This document shows positions 8,782-16,966 of a DNA stretch of 64,000 bases, piece after piece. The stretch spans positions 2,854 to 66,853 of the forward strand of contig CAVWXU010000026.1 of the NCBI GenBank assembly GCA_963759135.1, read 5' to 3'. Position 1 is the stretch's first letter, and the number at the start of each line of letters is the position of its first letter. The notes below the pieces were generated by a model. It was not told the DNA's origin and ran no database searches. It was given only the letters and a program-made list of their open reading frames with translations. The position numbers were made by a program, and so were the translations under genes. Source of the stretch: an uncultured Chloroflexia bacterium. GTDB taxonomy: Bacteria > Chloroflexota > Limnocylindria > Limnocylindrales > CSP1-4.

Positions 8782-9916
8782 GTGATTGACCAGGTGGAGA
8801 CGACTGCACAGTCGATGGGTTCGCCGGGCGCGTCGGAGCCCGCGGAAGCCGACGTCGAGGCTTCGCCTGCGCAGGCGGCGTGGGCGGTCGAGGCGGAAGG
8901 CGGGTCGATGCGCCCGCGCTCCGCACTCGACATCATGGTCACGCTCAACGACCGGGTCGCCAGCGGCGATGTCGGCCGGTATCAACCGGTGCCTCTCGGG
9001 TTCACCCCGCTCGACAAGACCATCGGCGGGGGGATCCGCCCCGGGGAGATGCTGCTGGTCGGGGGCGCGCAGGGCACGGGCAAGACCACGATGGCGCTGC
9101 AGATGGCCCGCAACATCGCCTCCGGCGGACTCGCCAACGTGCTCTACATCTGTTTCGAGCACGACGAGGAATACCTGCTGAACCGGCTCATCGCCCTCGA
9201 GTCGACGCTGGTGCACCTGCCCCAGACGACCGGGGCCATCAAGATCCAGGACGTCCGGCGCGAGATCCTCGGGCAGCTGGATGGAGGAGGGCGAGTCGGG
9301 ACACCAGCTGGTGTCCAACCCCCGCCTGCGCCCGGCGCTGGACCGGATCGGTCGCTACGGCGAAGGCCTCTTCCTGCTCCGCGGATCGCAGACGGCGTCC
9401 ACGGTGGAGAACATCCGCCAGCTCGTGCGCCAGCACAGAGTGCTCTCGGGCGACCGCACGCTGGTCGTGTTCGTGGATTACCTCCAGAAGGTCCCCGTGA
9501 TCCCGGAGCCGCCCAGCGAGACCGAGAAGGTCACCTTCGTGGTCAACGGCCTGAAGGACGTGGCGCTCACCGAGGAAGTCCCGATGATCGCGATCGTGGC
9601 GGCGGACAAGGAGGGCCTGAAGGCATCGCGGCTGCGGAACCACCACCTGCGCGGGTCGTCCGCGATCAACTACGAAGCCGACATCATCCTGATCCTCAAC
9701 GAGAAGTACCACATCGTGGCCAAGGTCAACATCGAGTTCAACCCGTACCAGGCGCAGCGGTTCCGGGACTGGATCGTCGCCACCGTCGAGAAGAACCGGG
9801 GCGGCAAGGACAACGTGGACCTCGAGTTCGAGAAGCACTTCGACTTCTCGTGCTTCGATCCGGACGGGCGGACGGTGCAGGAAAAGCTGATCGAGGAGCG
9901 GCTCTACAACGACTGA
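8782..9916 (+). pseudogene. DnaB-C-terminal-domain-like (RecA-fold) ATPase, reading frame broken once (+1) near 9272-9290
   Basis: Track ORF 8782..9924 is protein-like only to ...DVRREILGQL; it carries GFTPLDKTIGGGIRPGEMLLVGGAQGTGKTTMALQMA (Walker A). The rest continues in track ORF 9281..9916 (VVFVDYLQK Walker B-like, LRGSSAINYEADIILIL). The true start may be GTG 8794. Confidence 0.7.
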
Positions 9917-9920
9917 TCCG

Positions 9921-10463
9921 ATGACGGATCTTGCCGCGCGATTTCCCGAGGTCGTCGAGGCCGTCGTCGAGATCCCGGCGGGGAGCCGCAACAAGTACGA
10001 GTGGGACGAGCACGCCAGGGTGTTCCGCCTGGATCGCGTGCTCAGTTCGGCCGTCTACTACAACTTCGACTACGGCTTCGCTGAGATGACGCGCGCCGAC
10101 GACGGCGACCACACGGACGTCCTGCTGCTGATCGCTCAGCCGACATTCACCGGCTGCCGCGTCTGGACACGACCCGTCGGCGGGCTGGCGATGCGAGACG
10201 AACACGGCGACGACTTCAAGGTGCTGAGCGTGGCGCTCTGGGATCCCCTCTACGCGCACGTGGAATCCCTTGACGACGTGTCTCCGCACAGGCTGGTCGA
10301 GATCGAGCACTTCTTCGAGACATACAAGCTGCTCGAGAACAAGGCCGTGGAGGTGCTGGGCTGGCGCGATCGGGCGGCTGCGCTCGACATGCTGCGCGCC
10401 GACCGGGGGCGCTGGGAACGCGAGCAGCGGGCGGGACCGGCGGGACCGCGCGCGAGGGAATGA
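9921..10463 (+). CDS. ppa: Inorganic pyrophosphatase (family I)
   Basis: Track ORF. EIPAGSRNKYEWD, DYGF and DGDHTDVLLL motifs. The start is 4 nt after the preceding stop. Confidence 0.95.
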   Translation: MTDLAARFPEVVEAVVEIPAGSRNKYEWDEHARVFRLDRVLSSAVYYNFDYGFAEMTRADDGDHTDVLLLIAQPTFTGCRVWTRPVGGLAMRDEHGDDFKVLSVALWDPLYAHVESLDDVSPHRLVEIEHFFETYKLLENKAVEVLGWRDRAAALDMLRADRGRWEREQRAGPAGPRARE

Positions 10464-11248
10464 GCGGGCCCCACTCACCCGCCCGGGACTGGCCGGCGAT
10501 CGATCCCCCGCCGGAGCTCGTCTTCTTCGACATCGGGGACACGCTGCTGCGTGTCGACCCGTCGTGGACCGGGGCGTACCTTGCCGCCGCCACGTCGTGG
10601 GGGCTCGACGTGGACGCGGGTGCGCTCGCCACGGCGTTCGCGACGGCCCTGGGCGAGGGGCTGTGGGACTCGCCCGGCCCGTTCGAGGCCACCCCGGAAG
10701 GCTCGTACCAGCGGATCAAGGGCTTCGACGTGCGGGCCATGGCGCTGCTCGGATACCACGACCTGCCGGACGACTTCTACCGTCACCTGGGGCGCTTCTT
10801 CCAGCGGCGCGCCGCGTGGCGCGTCTTTCCGGACGTGGTGCCCGCGCTCGTGGGCATCGAGGCGGCCGGGATCCGACGGGCCGTGATCAGCAACTGGGTC
10901 TGGGCGCTCCCGGAGCTCCTCCACGACCTGGAGCTCGCCCATCACTTCGAAGCCATCGTGGCCTCCGCCCGCGTGGGCTACGTCAAGCCCCAACCCCAGA
11001 TCTTCGCCCACGCGCTCGATGTCACCGGCGTGCCGCCGGCGCGCGCGCTGCACGTCGGCGACAATCCGGACGCGGACGTGGCCGGGGCGGCGGCGCTCGG
11101 GATACGGCCGGTGCTCCTGGATCGCGACGGCCGGTTCGAGGGCGGGCTGGCGCAACACGGTGACGTCCCGGTGGTCCGCGACCTGTTCGGGCTGCTGCGC
11201 CTGCTGCGCATTCCCGAGCCGCACGAGCCGGCGGCCCGGGACGAATGA
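10460..11248 (+). CDS. HAD-superfamily hydrolase (subfamily IA-like)
   Basis: Track ORF with an ATGA overlap to ppa. Motif I-like FFDIGDTLL, motif IV HVGDNPDADVAGAAALG. Confidence 0.8.
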   Translation: MSGPHSPARDWPAIDPPPELVFFDIGDTLLRVDPSWTGAYLAAATSWGLDVDAGALATAFATALGEGLWDSPGPFEATPEGSYQRIKGFDVRAMALLGYHDLPDDFYRHLGRFFQRRAAWRVFPDVVPALVGIEAAGIRRAVISNWVWALPELLHDLELAHHFEAIVASARVGYVKPQPQIFAHALDVTGVPPARALHVGDNPDADVAGAAALGIRPVLLDRDGRFEGGLAQHGDVPVVRDLFGLLRLLRIPEPHEPAARDE

Positions 11249-11874
11249 GGGTGGCCGACGAGGCGTGGCGGCTGTTCATTGCCGTCCCGATCGCGGACGA
11301 CGTGCGAGCCACGCTCGCGGCGGCGCTCGAACCGGTCCGCCTGGGGGCGCGCGGCGGGCGCTGGCAGTCCCCGGAGACCTGGCACCTGACCCTGCGGTTC
11401 CTGGGGGACACGCCACCCGATGACGTCCCCGGGATCCGGGACGCCCTGAAGGACGTGGCCGCGGCCCAGGCGCCGTTCGCCGCGGCGCTGGGTCGTGCCG
11501 GCGCGTTCGAGCGCCGCGCCGGGCGCGTCGCCTGGGTCGGGCTCGAGCGGGGGGATCACGAGGTCGCCGCCCTCGCCCGGGCGCTTGACGCCCGACTCGC
11601 CCCGGCAGATATCGCGCGGGAGCCGCTTCGAGTGCACCTGACGATCGCGCGCGACGCGCCGGACGGCCTTGTTCCGGCAATGGACGCAGCCCTGCTTGCG
11701 GCCGGGCGCAGTGAGCCGGGGCGCGCTCGCGTGGGCCTGGGCATGCCGCCGGCTTCCGCGACGGCAGGCGGCCGGCTCGGCTGGACGGTGGACCGGCTCG
11801 TGCTGTACCGGAGCGTGCTCGGCGGTCGCGGCGCCGTGCACACGCCGCTGCTCGAGGCGCAGCTGGGCCGGTAG
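11245..11874 (+). CDS. thpR: RNA 2',3'-cyclic phosphodiesterase (2H family, LigT/ThpR)
   Basis: Track ORF with an ATGA overlap to the HAD gene. Two HxT motifs (WHLTLRF, VHLTIAR). Confidence 0.85.
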   Translation: MRVADEAWRLFIAVPIADDVRATLAAALEPVRLGARGGRWQSPETWHLTLRFLGDTPPDDVPGIRDALKDVAAAQAPFAAALGRAGAFERRAGRVAWVGLERGDHEVAALARALDARLAPADIAREPLRVHLTIARDAPDGLVPAMDAALLAAGRSEPGRARVGLGMPPASATAGGRLGWTVDRLVLYRSVLGGRGAVHTPLLEAQLGR

Positions 11875-11880
11875 GCATCG

Positions 11881-11957
11881 GGAGGCGCGCCGCCGCCGCT
11901 GTGGCGCGGAGGCGCCCCCGCCGCTGCGGCGCGGAGGCGCCCCCGCCGCTGCGGCGC
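11881..11957. repeat. Tandem repeat, 3 copies of a 25-27-nt unit GGAGGCGC(C)CCCGCCGCTGCGGCGC
   Basis: Copies at 11881-11907, 11908-11932 and 11933-11957, directly after the thpR stop. Each unit contains the small hairpin CGCCG-CTG-CGGCG. Confidence 0.9.
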
Positions 11958-11988
11958 GGGTCGCGACAGGATGTTTCGACATAGGGTG

Positions 11989-12017
11989 TTGCGATCCGAC
12001 GCGCGCACCGCTAGATT
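11989..12017 (+). promoter_or_regulatory. Putative promoter TTGCGA-N17-TAGATT of the trpB2 leader
   Basis: -35 at 11989-11994, 17-nt spacer, -10 at 12012-12017, placed just upstream of T-box Stem I. Confidence 0.5.
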
Positions 12018-12044
12018 TGCGCGACAGTCGTTGACCGGGACGAG

Positions 12045-12299
12045 TACGCGTCAACCGCGGGCAGCAGCGAGCCGGGATGGTGGGAGCCGGTGCCGTCGGC
12101 GGGGCGGGGAATGGACCCGTGAGACGCCCGGACGAACCGCGACCGAGAGGCGCGCAGTAGCCCGGGCCGGAAGCCCACCGTTAGCGCAGGGCAGGTACGG
12201 CGTCAGTCATGACCCCGGACCGCGGAATGAGCGGCCGCCGCGCGGCCGGAACGAAGGGTGGCACCACGAGGTCTTGACCTCGTCCCTCGCGGGACGGGG
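12045..12299 (+). promoter_or_regulatory. T-box riboswitch leader (predicted Trp specifier UGG)
   Basis: Stem I base CCGGG/CCCGG with GA-motif halves, AG bulge AGCGA (12066-12070), distal loop GAUGGUGGGAG, GAA-UGG-A (12112-12114) and F-box CCGUUA (12178-12183). T-box core GGGUGGCACCACG (12256-12268) forms the canonical antiterminator with the 7-nt bulge UGGCACC. Confidence 0.8.
12278..12299 (+). terminator. T-box terminator helix CCUCGUCCC-UCGC-GGGACGGGG
   Basis: 9-bp stem (one G-U pair) whose 5' arm is the 3' arm of the antiterminator. It is followed by UCGAUUUACG, a weak U-tract. Confidence 0.6.
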
Positions 12300-12347
12300 T
12301 CGATTTACGTCCGGGCCGCGGGCCCACCAGCGAGAGGTGCACCCGAG

Positions 12348-13707
12348 ATGAGCGCGCAGACGAAATTCCTGCTCGACGAGACGCACATTCCGCGGGCCTG
12401 GTACAACATCGTGCCGGACCTGCCGGTGCCGCCGGCGCCGGTCCTCCATCCCGGCACCAGGCAGCCCATCGGCCCCGCCGACCTGGCGCCGCTCTTCCCG
12501 ATGGCACTCATCCAGCAGGAGGTGAGCGCCGAGCGGGAGATCGAGATTCCCGGGCCCGGTACGCGACGCGTACCGGCTCTATCGCCCGGCGCCGCTGTAC
12601 CGGGCGCACCGGCTGGAGCGCGCGCTCGACACCCCAGCCCACATCTACTACAAGTACGAGGGCGGCAGCCCCGCCGGGAGCCACAAGCCGAACACGGCCA
12701 TCGCCCAGGCGTTCTACAACCAGCAGGAGGGCGTCCGCCGCCTGGCCACCGAGACCGGCGCGGGACAGTGGGGAAGTGCGCTCGCCTTCGCGGGCGCCCT
12801 GTTCGGCCTCGAGGTCAAGGTGTACATGGTCCGCGCGAGCTACGACCAGAAGCCGTACCGGCGCAACCTGATGGAGCTCTACGGCGCGGAGGTGGTTCCC
12901 AGCCCCAGCCCGACCACGAACTACGGCCGCCAGGTCCTGGCGGACCACCCCGACAGCCCCGGCTCGCTTGGCATGGCAATCAGCGAAGCGGTCGAGGACG
13001 CGGCGGGCCGGGACGACACGAAGTACTCGCTGGGCTCGGTCCTCAACCACGTGCTGCTGCACCAGACCGTGATCGGGCTCGAGGCCATCGAGCAGATGGA
13101 GATGGCCGGCGAGCGGCCGGATGTCATCATCGCCTGCGCGGGCGGAGGGTCGAACTTCGCCGGCCTCACGTTCCCGTTCGTGGGCCAGAAGCTCCGCGGC
13201 GAGGCGGCGTACCGGGTGGTCGCGGTCGAGCCCGAGGCGGCGCCGAGCATGACCCGCGGCGTCTACGAGTACGACTTCGGCGACACCGCGGGAATGACGC
13301 CGATGGTGAAGATGTATACCCTCGGCCACGACTTCATCCCCGAGCCGATCCACGCCGGCGGCCTCCGCTACCACGGCATGTCGCCCCTGGTCAGCCTGCT
13401 CAGGCAGCAGGGCGTGATCGAGGCCCGCGCCGTTCACCAGACGCCGACCTTCGAGGCGGGCGTGCAGTTCGCTCGGACGGAGGGGATCGCCCCGGCGCCC
13501 GAATCGGCCCACGCGATCCGGGCGGCCATCGACGAGGCGATCGAGGCCCGCGAACACGGCACGTCGCGCGTGATCCTGTTCGGGCTTTCGGGACACGGCC
13601 ACTTCGACCTGACGGCGTACGAGCGATATCTTGCCGGTCGGCTCGAGGACTACGAGTATCCTGCGATGCGGATCCGGGAGGCGCTGGCGGCGGTTCCTGC
13701 CATGTGA
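12348..13707 (+). pseudogene. trpB: Tryptophan synthase beta chain, TrpB2-type, frame broken once (+1) in CCCGGGCCCGG at 12549-12559
   Basis: ATG 12348 follows GAGAGG. The N-terminus MSAQTKFLLDETHIPRAWYNIVPDLP...EIEIPGP is in the frame of track ORF 12258..13733. The remainder is in the frame of track ORF 12820..13707: [20 protein letters not shown]...[18 protein letters not shown]...[10 protein letters not shown]. Total length is 3n+1. Confidence 0.9.
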
Positions 13708-13745
13708 CCGGTCGGCACGGACCGCAGATGTGAGGGAGTGCGCAC

Positions 13746-13991
13746 GTGCCATCACTGGCCTGCCGGACCTGCGGTCGCCGGATCGACATCGCCGATGCGC
13801 CGGACTCGCTGCCGCCTGACGAGCGACGCTGCCCCCGCTGTGGCGCGCCGATGAACGCCGAGCGCCGCGATCGTGACCGACGCCAGGCGTTTCGGCGCCA
13901 GAACCCGCCGGACGACCCGGGGCCGCCCGCGACGGGGGAGCGCCGCAGCGCGGAGCGGCGGTCGGGACGGGATCGGCGCACTCGCTCCTGA
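13746..13991 (+). CDS. Small zinc-ribbon protein with Arg-rich tail
   Basis: Track ORF with GTG start 7 nt after GAGGGAG. CRTCG-x19-CPRCG four-Cys ribbon, then repeated ERR/DRR motifs (AERRDRDRR, GERRSAERRSGRDRR). Confidence 0.55.
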   Translation: MPSLACRTCGRRIDIADAPDSLPPDERRCPRCGAPMNAERRDRDRRQAFRRQNPPDDPGPPATGERRSAERRSGRDRRTRS

Positions 13992-14057
13992 CACCGGCCG
14001 GGTGCGGGGGGCGACACACCGGCCGGGTGCGGGGGCGACACACCGGCCGGGTGCAGG
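13991..14057. repeat. Tandem repeat, about 2.7 copies of 24-25-nt unit ACACCGGCCGGGTGCGGGGG(G)CGAC
   Basis: Copies start at 13991, 14016 and 14040, immediately after the zinc-ribbon stop and upstream of the tyrA -10 element. Confidence 0.9.
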
Positions 14058-14070
14058 CGTGGGCGGGTCG

Positions 14071-14076
14071 TAGACT
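14071..14076 (+). promoter_or_regulatory. -10 element TAGACT, 7 nt before tyrA ATG (leaderless)
   Basis: TAGACTTCCCGCCATG is nearly identical to the hisS start context at 36871. Confidence 0.5.
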
Positions 14077-14083
14077 TCCCGCC

Positions 14084-14953
14084 ATGCGCCTGGCGATCGT
14101 CGGCTTCGGACTCATCGGTGGATCCATCGCGCGCGCCCTGGCGGCACGGGACGCCGGCCGTTGGCACGTCACGGCGTGGAGCCGCTCGGGCGACGGGCCC
14201 CGCGCCGGCCTCGCCGACGGCGTCCTGGACGCCGTGGCGGCATCTCCTGGCGAGGCCGTCGGCGGTGCCGAGCTGGTGCTGCTGGCCGCCAGCCCGCTCG
14301 CCAACCTGGAGCTTGTCGCGTCGGTCGGGCCGGCCGTCGCTGCCGCCGGGGCGACGCTCACCGACGTCACGTCGGCACAGGTGCGCCTCGCGCGGGCCGC
14401 GGCCCGGGTTCCCGGCCTCCACCACGTGGGCGGCCACCCCATGGCCGGCCTCGAGACGAGCGGGTACGAGGCCGCACGCGCCGACCTGTTCGCCGGGCGG
14501 CCCTGGATCGTGCTGCCGTCGGCGTCGGGGACGCTGGACGATCTCGAGCGCGTCCGGACGCTGGTGGCCGCCTGTGGCGGGATCCCTGTCGAGATGGGCG
14601 CCGGTGAGCATGACCTGCTGGTGGCGGCCGTCAGTCACATGCCGCTGTTCGTCGCTGCGGCGCTCGCCGAGACGGTGACCGGCAGCGACGCGTGGGAGGC
14701 CGCGGCGGGGCTGGCGGCCGGCGGGTGGCGCGACTCGACCCGGATCGCGCGCGGTGACCCGGACCTTGGAGCCGGGATCGCGGCTCTCAACCGGGACGAA
14801 CTGCTCCGCTGGCTGGATCGGTTCGCCGCCGAGCTCGCGTCCTGGCGAGCGGATCTCGCGGCCCTGCCGGATGTACCGGGCCCGGCGGACACCGAGGCGC
14901 TCCGGGCGCGCCTCGAGCGCGTGCGATCCGCGTTGAGCCGGAGCGATGCCTGA
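14084..14953 (+). CDS. tyrA: Prephenate dehydrogenase
   Basis: ATG 14084 inside track ORF 14027..14953. Rossmann motif IVGFGLIGGSIARAL, HVGGHPMAG and EHDLLVAAVSHMP. Confidence 0.9.
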   Translation: MRLAIVGFGLIGGSIARALAARDAGRWHVTAWSRSGDGPRAGLADGVLDAVAASPGEAVGGAELVLLAASPLANLELVASVGPAVAAAGATLTDVTSAQVRLARAAARVPGLHHVGGHPMAGLETSGYEAARADLFAGRPWIVLPSASGTLDDLERVRTLVAACGGIPVEMGAGEHDLLVAAVSHMPLFVAAALAETVTGSDAWEAAAGLAAGGWRDSTRIARGDPDLGAGIAALNRDELLRWLDRFAAELASWRADLAALPDVPGPADTEALRARLERVRSALSRSDA

Positions 14954-15536
14954 TCCCGAGCTGGTGCTGGGAGCCCCCAGGGACCGCCTCTGGTCCGGCC
15001 CGTGGTGGCGGGGTCTGCGCGTTCACGGGATCGACCACATCGTCGATGTCGGGCTCGAAGCCGCCACCTTTCGTCCGCGTGCCGAGGCCGAGATCGATCC
15101 GACGTGGAAGCAGCTGATCCCGTACCTGGTGCTGCGCGACGGCCCGCGAATCTTCCTGATGCGACGCACGCGGGGAGGCGCGGATGCGCGCCTGCACGAC
15201 CGGTTCACGATCGGCGTCGGCGGCCACGTGAATCCCGGCGACGACGGGATCGACGGTGCGCTGCGGCGTGAATGGCACGAGGAGCTGGACGCGGCGTTCG
15301 AGCCCGATGTGCGCCTCGTCGGGTTGCTCAACGACGACTCGGACCCGGTCGGCGCGGTGCATCTTGGAGTGGTGTACGAGGCCGACGCGCTTGGCCGGCG
15401 CGTCGCCATCCGGGAGACCCGGAAGCTCACCGGGGCGTTCGCGGACGCGGCCGAGCTGTGGGCCGTCCACGACGGGATGGAGACCTGGAGTCAGCTCATC
15501 CTCGAATACCTGCTGGCGCCCGGGCCTCGCCCGTGA
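14946..15536 (+). CDS. NUDIX-family hydrolase
   Basis: Track ORF with an 8-nt overlap to tyrA. Nudix box GGHVNPGDDGIDGALRREWHEELD. Confidence 0.75.
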   Translation: MPDPELVLGAPRDRLWSGPWWRGLRVHGIDHIVDVGLEAATFRPRAEAEIDPTWKQLIPYLVLRDGPRIFLMRRTRGGADARLHDRFTIGVGGHVNPGDDGIDGALRREWHEELDAAFEPDVRLVGLLNDDSDPVGAVHLGVVYEADALGRRVAIRETRKLTGAFADAAELWAVHDGMETWSQLILEYLLAPGPRP

Positions 15537-15589
15537 CGGTCCGTCCGGCCCTTGGGACGGGCCGTAGGATTGAGCCGGAGGTACGCGCG

Positions 15590-16966
15590 ATGGGCAGGAC
15601 GATTCGACGAGCGGCGGCGCTGGCCGCCCTGCTCGGGATGCTCCTGCTGCCGGCAGCGGCGGCGCAGGCCGCTGCGCCACACGTCGTCCTCCTGCCGCTG
15701 ACCGGGATCGTGGACCAGGTGATGGCCGGCTATGTCCACGACGGGATCGCCAGCGCGGCGAACGGCGGAGCGGCCGCCGTCGTGCTCGAGATCGACACGC
15801 CGGGAGGCTCGCTCGACTCCACCCGCTCCATCACGCAGGACATCCTGGGGGCGCCCATCCCGGTCATCACCTGGGTCGCACCCCAGGGCGCCAGGGCGGC
15901 GAGCGCAGGCACCTTCATCACGCTCGCGGGCGCAGTGGCCGTGATGGCGCCCGGCACGAACATCGGCGCGGCGTCTCCGGTGGGCGCTGGCGGCGAAGAC
16001 CTGACCGGCACCGAGGCGACGAAGGTCATGAACGACGCGGTCGCCAACATCACGGCGATCGCGGAGGCCCGTGGGCGCAACGTGTCGTGGGCCGTGTCGG
16101 CCGTTCGCAACGCGACGTCCTCGTCGGCCACGGAGGCCGTGAGCAGCGGAGCCGTGGACGGCATCGCCGCCACCCTGCCCGACGTGCTGGCGTTCGCGTC
16201 TGGCCGCGACGTACAGGTGGGAGCGCGCACGGTCACGCTGTCGCTGGTCGGCGCGCAGGTTCAGCAACTGGCCATGAACCCGCTGCAGCAGTTCCTGCAC
16301 CTCCTCGCCGACCCGAACCTCGCCTTCGTGCTGTTCGTGCTCGGCGCCTACGGCCTGATCCTGGAGTTCGTCCACCCCAACCTGGTCACGGGCGCACTCG
16401 GAGGCGTGGCGCTGATCCTCGCGTTCCTCGGGTTCGGCAGCCTGCCGCTGAACCTGGCCGGGCTGCTCCTGATCGTGCTCGCGCTCGCGCTGTTCGCGGT
16501 GGACCTGACGGTCACCAGCCACGGGCTCCTGACCCTGGCCGGGCTCGCCTGCTTCGTGCTGGGCGCCGGCGCCCTGTACACCCAGCCGACGCCCCTCGAG
16601 CCAGGGATCGGGGTCGCATGGCCGGTGATCGGCGGCATGGTCCTCATGACGGCGGCCTTCATGCTCGTGGTGGTGGCGGCCGCCTGGCGCGTCCGCCGGC
16701 GCGTGCGCCTGCCGATCGGGATGGGCGGCAGCGCGGCGGATGGAACGGCCGCCGTGCCGGTCGGCATGCCGGCGAGCGTCCGGAGCCCGCTCGCGCCTGT
16801 GGGCACGGTGTACGCTGGCGGTGAAGAGTGGAGCGCGCGGAGCGCCGACGGCGTCGCGATGGATCGCGGAGCCCGCGTGCGGGTCGTCGGGCAGGACGGG
16901 CTGATCCTGCTCGTGGAGCGTGCCGATCCATCGGGACCGGCTGACGTGGAGGTATCCGGCACATGA
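15590..16966 (+). CDS. nfeD: NfeD-family membrane-bound ClpP-class serine protease
   Basis: ATG 15590 follows GGAG and a TAGGAT -10, inside track ORF 15272..16966. Signal/TM segment, EIDTPGGSLDS, AASAGTFI, several TM helices and a C-terminal OB-like domain (VYAGGEEWSARS). Confidence 0.85.
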   Translation: MGRTIRRAAALAALLGMLLLPAAAAQAAAPHVVLLPLTGIVDQVMAGYVHDGIASAANGGAAAVVLEIDTPGGSLDSTRSITQDILGAPIPVITWVAPQGARAASAGTFITLAGAVAVMAPGTNIGAASPVGAGGEDLTGTEATKVMNDAVANITAIAEARGRNVSWAVSAVRNATSSSATEAVSSGAVDGIAATLPDVLAFASGRDVQVGARTVTLSLVGAQVQQLAMNPLQQFLHLLADPNLAFVLFVLGAYGLILEFVHPNLVTGALGGVALILAFLGFGSLPLNLAGLLLIVLALALFAVDLTVTSHGLLTLAGLACFVLGAGALYTQPTPLEPGIGVAWPVIGGMVLMTAAFMLVVVAAAWRVRRRVRLPIGMGGSAADGTAAVPVGMPASVRSPLAPVGTVYAGGEEWSARSADGVAMDRGARVRVVGQDGLILLVERADPSGPADVEVSGT

